Virus record (IMG/VR): IMGVR_UViG_3300045988_176431
Span: 96,001-160,000 of that record
From: a virus
Reading direction: 5' to 3' (one strand)
DNA length: 64,000 nucleotides
Part shown: in pieces, positions 1-8,823 of the stretch
How positions within the stretch are numbered: position 1 is the stretch's first letter
Layout: the number at the start of each line of letters is the position of its first letter
Notes under the pieces: model-generated
The model's input: the letters and a program-made list of their open reading frames with translations, nothing else
Database searches by the model: none
Told to the model about the DNA's origin: nothing
Translations under genes and position numbers: made by a program

Positions 1-78
1 AAGTTTTCAACAAGAAAAATGTTTCAATCAGATGTAAAAAGATTAGAGAAAGATATAAACCGTAGTTTTTTAATTTAA
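1..78 (+). CDS. 3' end of an upstream gene (partial, runs off the window)
   Basis: Frame 1 is open from base 1 to TAA at 76-78. Too short to classify. Confidence 0.3.
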   Translation, partial: KFSTRKMFQSDVKRLEKDINRSFLI

Positions 79-91
79 GGAGGTAATAATT

Positions 92-964
92 ATGAAATTA
101 TTTAATAAAAAAGAAACAGAAATGTTAGAACCAATGTTGGTAAATTATGTAAAAGATGAAATATTTAATAAAAAAATTAAGGCATTTGAAGAATTGTGTC
201 CAAATAATATTATTAAAATAGAAGAGATTATCATTTTTGATATTATTTCATCTTTATTTACAACTGCTAAAAAAGAAGAACCCCATATTCAAGAACTTAA
301 AGAAAAAATTAAAATAGACATAAATAGTATCTATGAAGATAAAGGTAAAAAAATTAATCATTTAAATATTGAATGTAAAACATTCAATACACATTATAAT
401 GGTAAAGAATATAAAAAAATTGGCGACGTTAATATTCAATTTGAAGTAGAAGAAGAGAATTCTATTGAAATATATATATCATCATATTCAATAGCTGGTC
501 AAGATAATGATGCTGTATATTATATCACACCGTTTGATGTAGTTACAAAAATGAATACAAAAAATGATAAGACTTCATTTTTCTATTCATTAGAGCATAT
601 TCTTCCAAGAACAGATCATGCTTCAGATATGAAAACATTAGCTTATGTTGATCCAAAATATCAATATTTAACAGTAGAAGACATTAATAAAATTTTGGGA
701 TACTCATATAAAACAAGAAAATCTGATTCTGAGTTATATCCTATCTTTGATATTTTGTTCTATTATATGGTAAAACATCAAAGAAATAAAACAAATACCT
801 ATCCAGCACATGAATTTTTGGTTTATAATCCTGATATTGAAATTGGTGGAATTCGTGTTCCATCATATATTGATATGAGGGAGATTTTTTCTGGTGGATT
901 TGTCAATGCTTATTTTGGAGATTCTATTTGTCATAATGTATTTAACTTTATTCGTCAAGTATAA
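92..964 (+). CDS. hypothetical protein
   Basis: 290-aa ORF with AAGGAGG about 8 nt upstream of the ATG, followed by a hairpin terminator. Confidence 0.7.
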   Translation: MKLFNKKETEMLEPMLVNYVKDEIFNKKIKAFEELCPNNIIKIEEIIIFDIISSLFTTAKKEEPHIQELKEKIKIDINSIYEDKGKKINHLNIECKTFNTHYNGKEYKKIGDVNIQFEVEEENSIEIYISSYSIAGQDNDAVYYITPFDVVTKMNTKNDKTSFFYSLEHILPRTDHASDMKTLAYVDPKYQYLTVEDINKILGYSYKTRKSDSELYPIFDILFYYMVKHQRNKTNTYPAHEFLVYNPDIEIGGIRVPSYIDMREIFSGGFVNAYFGDSICHNVFNFIRQV

Positions 965-970
965 AAAAAT

Positions 971-1010
971 AAAAAAAGAATACTGGAAATTAATCCAGTA
1001 TTCTTTTTTC
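971..1010. terminator. bidirectional rho-independent terminator
   Basis: Stem AGAATACTGGA (977-987) / TCCAGTATTCT (994-1004), flanked by an A-run and a T-run, between convergent genes. Confidence 0.75.
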
Positions 1011-1013
1011 TCA

Positions 1014-1616
1014 TTACAAAGTATCAATGCAGACAGTACCATGACCATCAACAGATACTTTGTATTTGTTCTCTGGCAGGTATAAAATGAACGTAAGTTC
1101 ATTACTACCAACAATCTTGTCGTTTTCAAGATGACAAGGTTCACAATGTGTGAACGTAGCATTCGTACCAGGGAAACAATAGTCGACAATACCTTTCAAG
1201 GTATCGACATTAATAGATACTTTTTCATCAAATTTAATTGGTGATAAAGTATCTGTGAACAGTTTCATCTCAGCATCCAACTTGCTGAGATTTGATTTAG
1301 CCCCTGAATTTTTTTCATTATTCAGGGGCTCAGAATTTGATTCAGAATCATCCTCTTCTACTGATTCTGTTTCATCGTCTGAAGCATCTACTACTGAATT
1401 ACAGTTACAAGGAATTGTTGTTGCTAAATAATCCGCAACCACATCAATTGATTTAGAATTTTTGTGGTTCCAAATCATGTTGGCAATTCCAGTAACAAGA
1501 CCAACTGCTGCACTTGCACCAGTAGTAATTATTGCAACTTTTCCAACCTGTTCAAGTCCTTCAACTTTACCCTCTAAGTTACTAATTCTTGCATTCAGTT
1601 TTTTCTTTGTCATCAT
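1014..1616 (-). CDS. hypothetical protein with N-terminal hydrophobic segment and acidic linker
   Basis: 200-aa ORF with AAGGAGG 8 nt upstream of the ATG at 1616. Hydrophobic stretch VAIITTGASAAVGLVTGIANMIW. Confidence 0.7.
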   Translation of the reverse strand: MMTKKKLNARISNLEGKVEGLEQVGKVAIITTGASAAVGLVTGIANMIWNHKNSKSIDVVADYLATTIPCNCNSVVDASDDETESVEEDDSESNSEPLNNEKNSGAKSNLSKLDAEMKLFTDTLSPIKFDEKVSINVDTLKGIVDYCFPGTNATFTHCEPCHLENDKIVGSNELTFILYLPENKYKVSVDGHGTVCIDTL

Positions 1617-1696
1617 AATAATGACCTCCTTTCGTTTTCTTTAAAACTTTTTTGCAAAAAAGTTTTAAGTAAGTTTACTTTACTTACTTAACACAA

Positions 1697-1705
1697 ATAT
1701 ATTAT
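1697..1705 (+). promoter_or_regulatory. putative phage promoter core (ATATATTAT motif)
   Basis: Intergenic 9-mer shared with 7 other upstream regions; 99 nt upstream of the polymerase start. Confidence 0.35.
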
Positions 1706-1803
1706 ATAAATATGATATTTAATTATACACATAGTTTTCTCTTATCTATCTTTTTATGTTAGATTTGACAAGTTTTTAAGTAAATTTGAAAGGGGAATTG
1801 ATA

Positions 1804-3268
1804 ATGAGTCAAGAGAATTTATATTTAGAAGAATATACAAAAGAAATGACTGACTTTTTAAAGAAATCAAATCCTAATATTGATAAAAAGGAAATAAAGA
1901 AAATCGTAAAGAAAACGATAAAAGAAAGATTACAAGACCCAGAGGTTATTCTGGATAATAACTATACACACGAAACAAGAAAAACTCATTTAACATCAGT
2001 TCTTCATTGGGCTATGTTAAAGAATCCTATTATTGCAGGAAATGGTACATTTTATAAACAACATAATGTAGCCAGAAATCCAAATTCAGAAATGGTAGAT
2101 GACTTCTTGGATGATAGAAAGAAATTAAAAAAAGCAATGTTTGCAGTTGATGATGAAGCAAGTCATGCTTATAAAGATTTAGACTTAAAGCAAGGAAATA
2201 AAAAACGATTAGCAAATTCTTATTATGGTGGGTCAGGAGCAAAAACTTCAGCATTCTATTCAAAATGGAGTGGACCTGCTACAACAAAAAGTGCTCAATC
2301 AGTTATCTCAACAACAGAAACAGTATTTGAAGCATTTCTTGTGGATAATTTTATTTTTATTGATTTTAATGAATGTGTCACATGGATTGATACTGTACTT
2401 TCTGAAGATTATGAATTAGATGATTGGGTAGAAAGAATCAGTTTGGAAGATTGTCATAAACGACTTTCTAATAAGATTCTTGGTGTTACAGATGATATGA
2501 GTGAACTTCTCATGAAATATCTTTCATCTTTAACCGAAGAGGATTGGACACATCTTTATTATAAAAATAATTTAATAGAATTTACAAGAAGACATGAGAA
2601 AGTAAGAAAACTTCATGATTCTATCTTTAGTTCGATTCGTAATGATTATTATGAATTTTCAGTAAATAAAGATGGTGGATTTGAAAATGAATCCGATATT
2701 GCAAAAATCCCAACAGAAATGAGGGATGATATTTTAGGTGATAAAAAACCGGGAAAAGCATGGAATAAATTTGTATCTGTGCAAAAATTCTATGATCCAA
2801 ACAACGTTCCAGACACTATTAAAGAATACTTAGAAGAACTTTCAAATATTTATATGAAATATATATACGTGAGATTTCTTCATTTAGATAAAATCTATCG
2901 ATTAAAGAATTTTAATCGTGACGTTGTTACAGTTATTGATACAGATTCAAACATCTTATCATTAGATACATGGATGAAATTCTGTCAGACAGAATTAATG
3001 ACAAGTGATTATGGAAGAGAATATTTTGACAATGTATATATTGCAATTAATTCTATTACATACATCATTACATCAGTCGTTACTGATATTCTTTTATATT
3101 ATGGAGAATGCTCGAATGTAGAAGAAAGTCATCGACCAAGATATAATATGAAGAATGAATTCTTCTTTAGTAAATTAATTATTGCAAAAACAAAGAAACG
3201 ATATTTATCTCAGATATTACTTCGAGAAGGAAATCGACTTAAAAAACCGAAAACAGATGTTAAGGGTT
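1804..3268 (+). CDS. polB: family-B DNA polymerase, C-terminal half, exon 1
   Basis: Motif B KKRLANSYYG, motif C VIDTDSN, KKRY motif. ATG 1804 follows GAAAGGGGA. The ORF tail after 3268 (..NCGELSLCSNY*) is intron read-through. Confidence 0.85.
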
Positions 3269-3480
3269 TAACGTGTAAATTGTCAACGTTACATACAAGA
3301 CCCAATACTAAGCGATTAGTATTTAAAAACAAGGTGAATTGCGGGGAACTCTCGTTATGTTCTAACTACTAAACTAAGATGGTAACATACTTAGTGGCAA
3401 TGGGTAACTCCTAAGGTATAGTAAAAAGGTTAGAAATAGAGACAATTCGCAACCAAGTTATTTATTAAAAAGATATATTT

Positions 3481-3489
3481 ATATATTAT
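3481..3489 (+). promoter_or_regulatory. putative promoter core (ATATATTAT) inside the intron, upstream of the homing endonuclease
   Basis: Same 9-mer as other upstream regions; 24 nt upstream of ATG 3513. Confidence 0.3.
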
Positions 3490-3512
3490 ACTTCTAAAGG
3501 AAGGTGATTATA

Positions 3513-4346
3513 ATGAATAATAACGAAAAAATAAATCAAAAAGATATGAAGGAAATAATTAAGAAGATAAATTCTTCTATATGTTTTATTGATGAAAAAT
3601 TTAAGCAATTATATATTGATGAAGAATATATACCATATATAATTTCATCAACTGGTAGAATATTTAGTATTAATTATATGCATCAAAAAGGAAATGTACA
3701 TGAATTAAAAAGTAGAACAGATAAAGATGGATATAAATTAATATTAATACATTATAATCATAAAAATTATGGTTATCATATACACCGTTTAGTTGCTTTA
3801 ACATTTATCCCTATTCCTATTAAATATAGAAAGCAAGGATATAGTAGTAATGATTTACAAGTGAATCATAAAGATGGAAATAAATCTATAAATTGTGATT
3901 GGAATTTAGAATGGTTGACTTGTAAAGAAAATATTCATCATGCTTGGAAAAACAATTTAGCACATTCTATTGGTATATATAATGGAAATAGTGTATACTC
4001 TAATGAAGATATAGAAACAGTTTGTAAATTATTAGAATCAGACTATTCTATTAAACAAATTAGCAAAAAAATAAATGTTCCATATTACATAATATCTTTA
4101 GTATTAAATAAGAAAAATTGGCTACATATAAGTAATAATTATGACTTTAGTAATTATTCATATGGAAAGAAAAAAAGAAAAGATGTTATAAATGTGTGTA
4201 AACTGTTAGAGAAAGGTGAATATAGTATAAAAGAAATAAGTAAAATTTGCAATGTAAAAACTTCATTTGTAAGTGATATTTCATCTGGAAAAACATTTAA
4301 ATCAATATCTAAAGATTTTAATATAAATATATCTTGTAATAAATAA
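3513..4346 (+). CDS. HNH homing endonuclease (intron-encoded)
   Basis: HRLVA..VNHKDGNK..NLEWLTCKENIHH is an H-N-H motif. Two C-terminal HTH-like repeats (IKQISKKINV.., IKEISKICNV..). Lies in the P6 loop of the intron. RBS AAGGAAGG. Confidence 0.85.
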   Translation: MNNNEKINQKDMKEIIKKINSSICFIDEKFKQLYIDEEYIPYIISSTGRIFSINYMHQKGNVHELKSRTDKDGYKLILIHYNHKNYGYHIHRLVALTFIPIPIKYRKQGYSSNDLQVNHKDGNKSINCDWNLEWLTCKENIHHAWKNNLAHSIGIYNGNSVYSNEDIETVCKLLESDYSIKQISKKINVPYYIISLVLNKKNWLHISNNYDFSNYSYGKKKRKDVINVCKLLEKGEYSIKEISKICNVKTSFVSDISSGKTFKSISKDFNINISCNK

Positions 4347-4572
4347 AAGGTTCAACGACTATCGAAAGGATAGCATAAGAGAAATACTTATGTGAATAAC
4401 CGAGTAGAGTAGACCAGAAGTCTGGGTGCACGAAATTTGTGCTTTACAAAGTGCCTTGCATCTTCTATTTGGTAACAGAATATGAAGATGATGATATAGT
4501 CTATTCTCAATTGTAAAATTGAGGAGTTATTTATAACTCAGTATAACTTAACGAATTATACTAAATAAAAAG

Positions 4573-5231
4573 TTGACTTTAAGAAATCAGTTACATCAGA
4601 AACAGCATCGAAGTATTATATGAATATTATTAAAGAATATCTTCTTGAACCGGAAACTCCGTTATTAAAAGAAATGATTAATGAACTGCATGAATTTAAA
4701 AAACGTATCAAGAAATCTATTGAAGATGGCGAACGGATTTATTTACCAAATGCAAATGCAAAAGAACTTGGTGCTTATAAAGACCCAAGTACATCACAAG
4801 GTGTTCGTGGTGTATTAACATGGAATATGTGTGAGCCGGATAAAATGATTGAATTTCCTGCTAAAGTAAGTTTATTAAAAATGAACTTAGAAAATGAGGA
4901 ATCAATAGAAGATATGAAAGATAAATTCCCAAATCAATACAATGCAATTAAAGAGGGAATTTTTAATGATAAAACAGGTATTTTTATTAAAGAAAAGAAA
5001 GATAAAAAAACAGGTAAAAAAGAATTAAAGAAAACTGGTATGAAAGTGTTAGCAATCCCATCAAGTGAAACAATACCTGATTGGGCATTACCATATATCG
5101 ATTATAATACTATGGTAAATAATATATTAGCACCGTTTAAATCTGTTTTGGAAATCTTTAATCTTCCAGGAGTAGAAGAAGGAAAGACTGGAAGAAAATC
5201 AACAGGACTAAGTAATATTATAAAATTATAA
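4573..5231 (+). CDS. polB: family-B DNA polymerase, C-terminal half, exon 2
   Basis: Frame is open from 4569. The junction gives KG-F-DFKKSVTSE, matching T4-type KxMGLExxKSS. Exon 1 + exon 2 = 2124 nt, in frame. Confidence 0.8.
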
Positions 5232-5233
5232 GA

Positions 5234-5277
5234 ATAAGACGTGAATACTGATTAAAGTATTCACGTCTTATTTGTTT
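5234..5277 (+). terminator. rho-independent terminator
   Basis: 15-bp stem ATAAGACGTGAATAC / GTATTCACGTCTTAT followed by TTGTTT. Confidence 0.75.
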
Positions 5278-5335
5278 ATATAACATATTTGTAGTTACAT
5301 AAAGATATATTAAAAAACAAAAGGAGTTGATTATT

Positions 5336-5875
5336 ATGTATAACACAATATTTGATATGGGGTGGAGTTTAGAAAAAACAGTTGAGGAGTTCTTTATTCT
5401 TAGTATATTTAATAAAGAATCATTCGACATGAGTGTCGATATTAAACTGTTTTACCCAATGATTCTTGTAGATAAAAAAGAGATGAGTGATAATGATAAG
5501 AACTACTATATCATTCAACTCATGCAAGAGAAATTGAAAAATCTGATTGGTATGAAAAGACATGGAATCATATCAATTACAGATGGATCCGACGTATTAG
5601 GAAAATTTGATGTTGATTCTTCTGATTTCGTAATCTCATCAATGGGTAAACATCATGATATGAATATTTTGTATAATGATGTAAAAATATCATCTTATAG
5701 TTTGGAAACTAACTGTGAGATGATTGATAAGCTCATGGATATGATATCAATCTATGGCTATTCAGCCATAGAAATCTCTGATAATGGCTTCGAAAAAGAA
5801 GCATTAAAAAGAGTTTATAATGATGCCATTCATATGAAATGGTATTCATTGTTGATTAAAAGAGAACCTTATTAA
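5336..5875 (+). CDS. hypothetical protein
   Basis: ORF with AAGGAG 9 nt upstream of ATG 5336. The track start at 5327 abuts the RBS. Confidence 0.65.
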   Translation: MYNTIFDMGWSLEKTVEEFFILSIFNKESFDMSVDIKLFYPMILVDKKEMSDNDKNYYIIQLMQEKLKNLIGMKRHGIISITDGSDVLGKFDVDSSDFVISSMGKHHDMNILYNDVKISSYSLETNCEMIDKLMDMISIYGYSAIEISDNGFEKEALKRVYNDAIHMKWYSLLIKREPY

Positions 5876-5891
5876 AGGTTCTCTTTTTTTA
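5861..5891 (+). terminator. rho-independent terminator
   Basis: Stem AGAGAACCTT / AAGGTTCTCT followed by T7. The stop codon sits in the loop. Confidence 0.7.
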
Positions 5892-5952
5892 TTTTTTTAT
5901 CCTTTCTTTTACATATGAATAAGTAAATATGAAAGAAAGGATGATTTCAATT

Positions 5953-6381
5953 ATGATGCCTTTAAATAGATTTAGGGTAACTAAATTAAAATGTTTATCT
6001 TGTGGATGTAGAGATAAACGAGTAGCAATCCTTAATTCGAAAATAACACAAAAACGAATTGGGTTTGCTACCATTTGTTGTAATTGTGGACATATTAAAC
6101 GTTACAATTTTAGAAGGAAAAAAGGATGGAGAGGAAAATTACTAAATAACAATGAAATTGTTGAAATGTTAGAAAATCGTATTTATGTATCTGAGATTTT
6201 TTGTGCAATCCCAGATCCTTTTTGTCCGAATTATGAGTGTGACTTAAAGAAATCATGTCCATGTAAAGAAGATTTAACTTATGAAGATTTGTTAAAAGGA
6301 AAGTATCCTGGTGAAGTCGTAAGACAACCAGAAGAAATAGATTTAAAAAGACAAGAAAAATCCGAAGGAAAATTTATTTAG
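5953..6381 (+). CDS. Cys-rich (zinc-ribbon-like) protein
   Basis: CLSCGC..CCNCGH and CPNYEC..CPC cysteine pairs. Start uncertain (ATG 5929/5941/5953); 5953 best fits the GAAAGG spacing. Confidence 0.6.
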   Translation: MMPLNRFRVTKLKCLSCGCRDKRVAILNSKITQKRIGFATICCNCGHIKRYNFRRKKGWRGKLLNNNEIVEMLENRIYVSEIFCAIPDPFCPNYECDLKKSCPCKEDLTYEDLLKGKYPGEVVRQPEEIDLKRQEKSEGKFI

Positions 6382-6397
6382 AAAGGAAAATAAGAAA

Positions 6398-7147
6398 TTG
6401 AGTAACTTAAACGAATTTAATGATTATGGGTATAACCCAAATGAAGTGGATAGTGAAATTTTTTTATCTGATATTCCACTTTCTTTAATGAAAGAAACAA
6501 TTCGAAATCAATTTGAAGAACCCCTCGAATATCAAAAGAATGATTATTTACAGACATTCTTTAATAAGTATGAATTCACAAAAGAGAATATGACAGAAGA
6601 TGATGAAGAAGAAGTTGAAGAATTATATTCAGGATTCATCTCTTTTATGGAAGAAATATTCAAAGAGTTCTTAGGTATCGGAATTCCGAATTTAGATGAT
6701 ATGGGTGAAGAAGAACAAGAAGAAATCATCCGATTTATTTATCGTTACTTTATTATTGATATTCGAAAGAATTTCGTAAATGTAATTTATAACTATATCA
6801 AAGAACGAAAAGAAAAAATTGCAGAGAGAATGGATAAGAAAAAAGATGTTACTTATCTATCTCTAAAAAAATATGTAGATGATGAAGATGAGATTGTTAT
6901 ATTATCCAATTTAGGAGAAGTAATCAATGATATCTTATCAGAAGAATTTACGATTGATGAGTTCTTTAAATATTCAAGAACTGACAAAAACGAATTAGAA
7001 ATTGATTTTGTATCAGATCGTTATGATACTTGTGATATTACAGGTAATTTTGTTTCTCACTATATCAATATGGTAGATGAGGAATTGAAGATGGAAATCG
7101 AATGTAAAGTTCGAAATAAAATTCTCAAAAAATATAAGAAAAAGTAA
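6398..7147 (+). CDS. hypothetical acidic protein
   Basis: 249-aa ORF with TTG start after GAAAGGAAA. Contains D/E-rich segments. Confidence 0.6.
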   Translation: MSNLNEFNDYGYNPNEVDSEIFLSDIPLSLMKETIRNQFEEPLEYQKNDYLQTFFNKYEFTKENMTEDDEEEVEELYSGFISFMEEIFKEFLGIGIPNLDDMGEEEQEEIIRFIYRYFIIDIRKNFVNVIYNYIKERKEKIAERMDKKKDVTYLSLKKYVDDEDEIVILSNLGEVINDILSEEFTIDEFFKYSRTDKNELEIDFVSDRYDTCDITGNFVSHYINMVDEELKMEIECKVRNKILKKYKKK

Positions 7148-7216
7148 ATAAAAGTATTATTTATACATCATTTTATTGATATAAAAAATACATAAAAATA
7201 AAAGGAGGAAAATATT

Positions 7217-7939
7217 ATGTTTTTTGGATCAAACACAAATAATTCAGATGTTGTAAGTACAAATACAACAATTATGGTACTTTATTCTGATTTATCATCA
7301 CTTACGATTGGGGCTTGGAATGATAAAATTAATCTTAAGTTCTCCCCAAGTATTGGAAAGGATGGAAACGGATTAAATCAGTATGATAGAGAAAGGAGAG
7401 CAAATACTGCACTTTCTCAACAGAACGCTTGTACATTGTATGAGATGATTCGAAAGGAGATTCTCCCAAAACTTGAAAATAAAGAAGATATTGGTACAGG
7501 AATTAATGTAGCAGTATCGATGGGACGACCAGAAGCAAAGAATCTTTTGATTGTAGAGTATAAACCAGATGAAAATAAACAGAATCGTTTTTATCTGACC
7601 CTTGCTCAGAATGTTTCAGATACTGGTGTTGTGACAGATGAGAATAAAATTAGTTACAAATTCAATCAGACTGAGATTATGACAAATTATGACTCTGCAA
7701 CTGGTTCCGGTACAATGGAAACTATTGAATCTGAATTCTTGAACTTTGTAGAAGTTCTTAGACGTCGCATTGACATTGAGCCAATGATTGCTCATTCAAT
7801 TCGTCATTCAAATTCAATTGGTAAAAAATATGCAAATGGTTCTTCAAATTATTCAAATCAGAATAACAACCAGAACTTTGGTTCATTTAGTAATGGATTC
7901 ACAAGTGAAGATGTTCCGGATGAATTACCATTTAACTAA
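7217..7939 (+). CDS. putative ssDNA-binding protein (SSB-like tail)
   Basis: N/S/G-rich linker followed by an acidic tip ..SEDVPDELPFN*, resembling the bacterial SSB C-terminal D-D-D-I/L-P-F. Strong RBS AAGGAGG. The N-terminal fold is not recognisable by eye. Confidence 0.5.
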   Translation: MFFGSNTNNSDVVSTNTTIMVLYSDLSSLTIGAWNDKINLKFSPSIGKDGNGLNQYDRERRANTALSQQNACTLYEMIRKEILPKLENKEDIGTGINVAVSMGRPEAKNLLIVEYKPDENKQNRFYLTLAQNVSDTGVVTDENKISYKFNQTEIMTNYDSATGSGTMETIESEFLNFVEVLRRRIDIEPMIAHSIRHSNSIGKKYANGSSNYSNQNNNQNFGSFSNGFTSEDVPDELPFN

Positions 7940-7951
7940 GCAATAGAAAAA

Positions 7952-7993
7952 AGAGGAAATAATTAAATTTAATTATTTCCTCTTTTCTTTTTT
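7952..7993 (+). terminator. rho-independent terminator
   Basis: Stem AGAGGAAATAATT / AATTATTTCCTCT followed by a T-run. Confidence 0.75.
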
Positions 7994-8004
7994 CATGAAA
8001 GGAT

Positions 8005-8757
8005 GTGAATGTTTTGGATTTAGATAAAGAAGATATCTTTTCTGGTGAAACTAAACCAGTTATATTAACTCAAGATTCTATGTTCATGAATGCCAATACA
8101 TTATTCATTGAATATATTGATATTATACGTCCAATTGGATTTTTGGTCAGTATTTTTTTGAATCGGATTAAAGAAGATTACAATGGTTTATTTGATTTAT
8201 CACCAATTGACGGATTAGAATATGATGGAATCTGGGAATGGTATATCAATCGAAAGAATCAAAATGTTGTTTATGAACTTCTTAGTAAAGAAAATAAAAA
8301 TGCCATTCCATTTCACAAATTAGATGAAATTGAATCAACGGTAATTGATTCAATTGAACATGAATTTTTTCATATTGTACCAGAACTTGCTTTTTGTCAG
8401 ACATTGAGTAATTTGATTAAAGTAGCAGATGAAAACTTAATTAAACATATTATTATTTGGTATCCAATAAAGAATGAGAAAGTAGAAGAAGATGTTAAGG
8501 AATTATTTGGTGAGAAAGTACAAATTAAATTTGGACCAATTGATGAGGTTTTAAGAAAAGTACCAGAAGATTCAACCTATGTGTTCTCAGACATCACTAA
8601 TATCATACTATTAGAAGATTTAGGTAAGTTAAAATATTCTTCTGTTGTTGTACCGTATAATATTTCTTATAATATGATTGGTGACAAGTTAAAAATTAAT
8701 ATTGAAGAATATGAAAAATATAATCTTTTTAAATTCACCTTTTTCAATAACTTGTAA
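8005..8757 (+). CDS. hypothetical protein
   Basis: 250-aa ORF. Start uncertain: GTG 8005, or in-frame TTG 8014 with better RBS spacing. Confidence 0.6.
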   Translation: MNVLDLDKEDIFSGETKPVILTQDSMFMNANTLFIEYIDIIRPIGFLVSIFLNRIKEDYNGLFDLSPIDGLEYDGIWEWYINRKNQNVVYELLSKENKNAIPFHKLDEIESTVIDSIEHEFFHIVPELAFCQTLSNLIKVADENLIKHIIIWYPIKNEKVEEDVKELFGEKVQIKFGPIDEVLRKVPEDSTYVFSDITNIILLEDLGKLKYSSVVVPYNISYNMIGDKLKINIEEYEKYNLFKFTFFNNL

Positions 8758-8823
8758 CAGATAGAATCAAAAAATACAAAAAACAGAAAATTAATATATT
8801 TGTAGAAAGGAAGGATAACTTAT

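Larger units (their letters stand above)
3269..4572 (+). mobile_element. group I intron (IA-like) carrying an HNH homing endonuclease
   Basis: P1: exon GGGUU (3264-68) pairs with GACCC (3299-3303), U.G at U3268. P2 GNRA hairpin 3304-23. P3 CAAGGU (3330-35) pairs with GCCUUG (4453-58). Core AATTGCGGGGAAC. P7 GTTCAACGACTATCG..GATATAGTCT. Omega-G at 4572. Removal restores the frame to ..DVKG-F-DFKKSVT. Confidence 0.85.

Noticed and set aside
863-1189. ORFs 863..1189 (-) and 894..1085 (+) spanning the convergent terminator
   Set aside because: They run through the terminator hairpin and overlap better-supported genes on both sides.
2030-2419. Nested or antisense ORFs inside long genes (e.g. 2030..2263, 2225..2419, 9043..9354, 10235..10420, 11371..11700, 16546..16878, 21109..21507, 27370..27739, 35907..36275, 41235..41474, 43719..43976, 54850..55193, 59102..59320)
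   Set aside because: All lie within longer ORFs that have recognisable motifs or RBSs. These are typical AT-rich or low-complexity shadow frames.
3336-3372. Shared C-terminal peptide ..NCGELSL(C/S)(S/L)NY* at the ends of ORFs 1786..3372 and 20884..21867 (similar tails at 12640 and 62046), which could look like a conserved protein domain
   Set aside because: It is the translation of the conserved intron core AATTGCGGGGAACTCTCGTTA..; the true exons end upstream at the P1 U.G pair.
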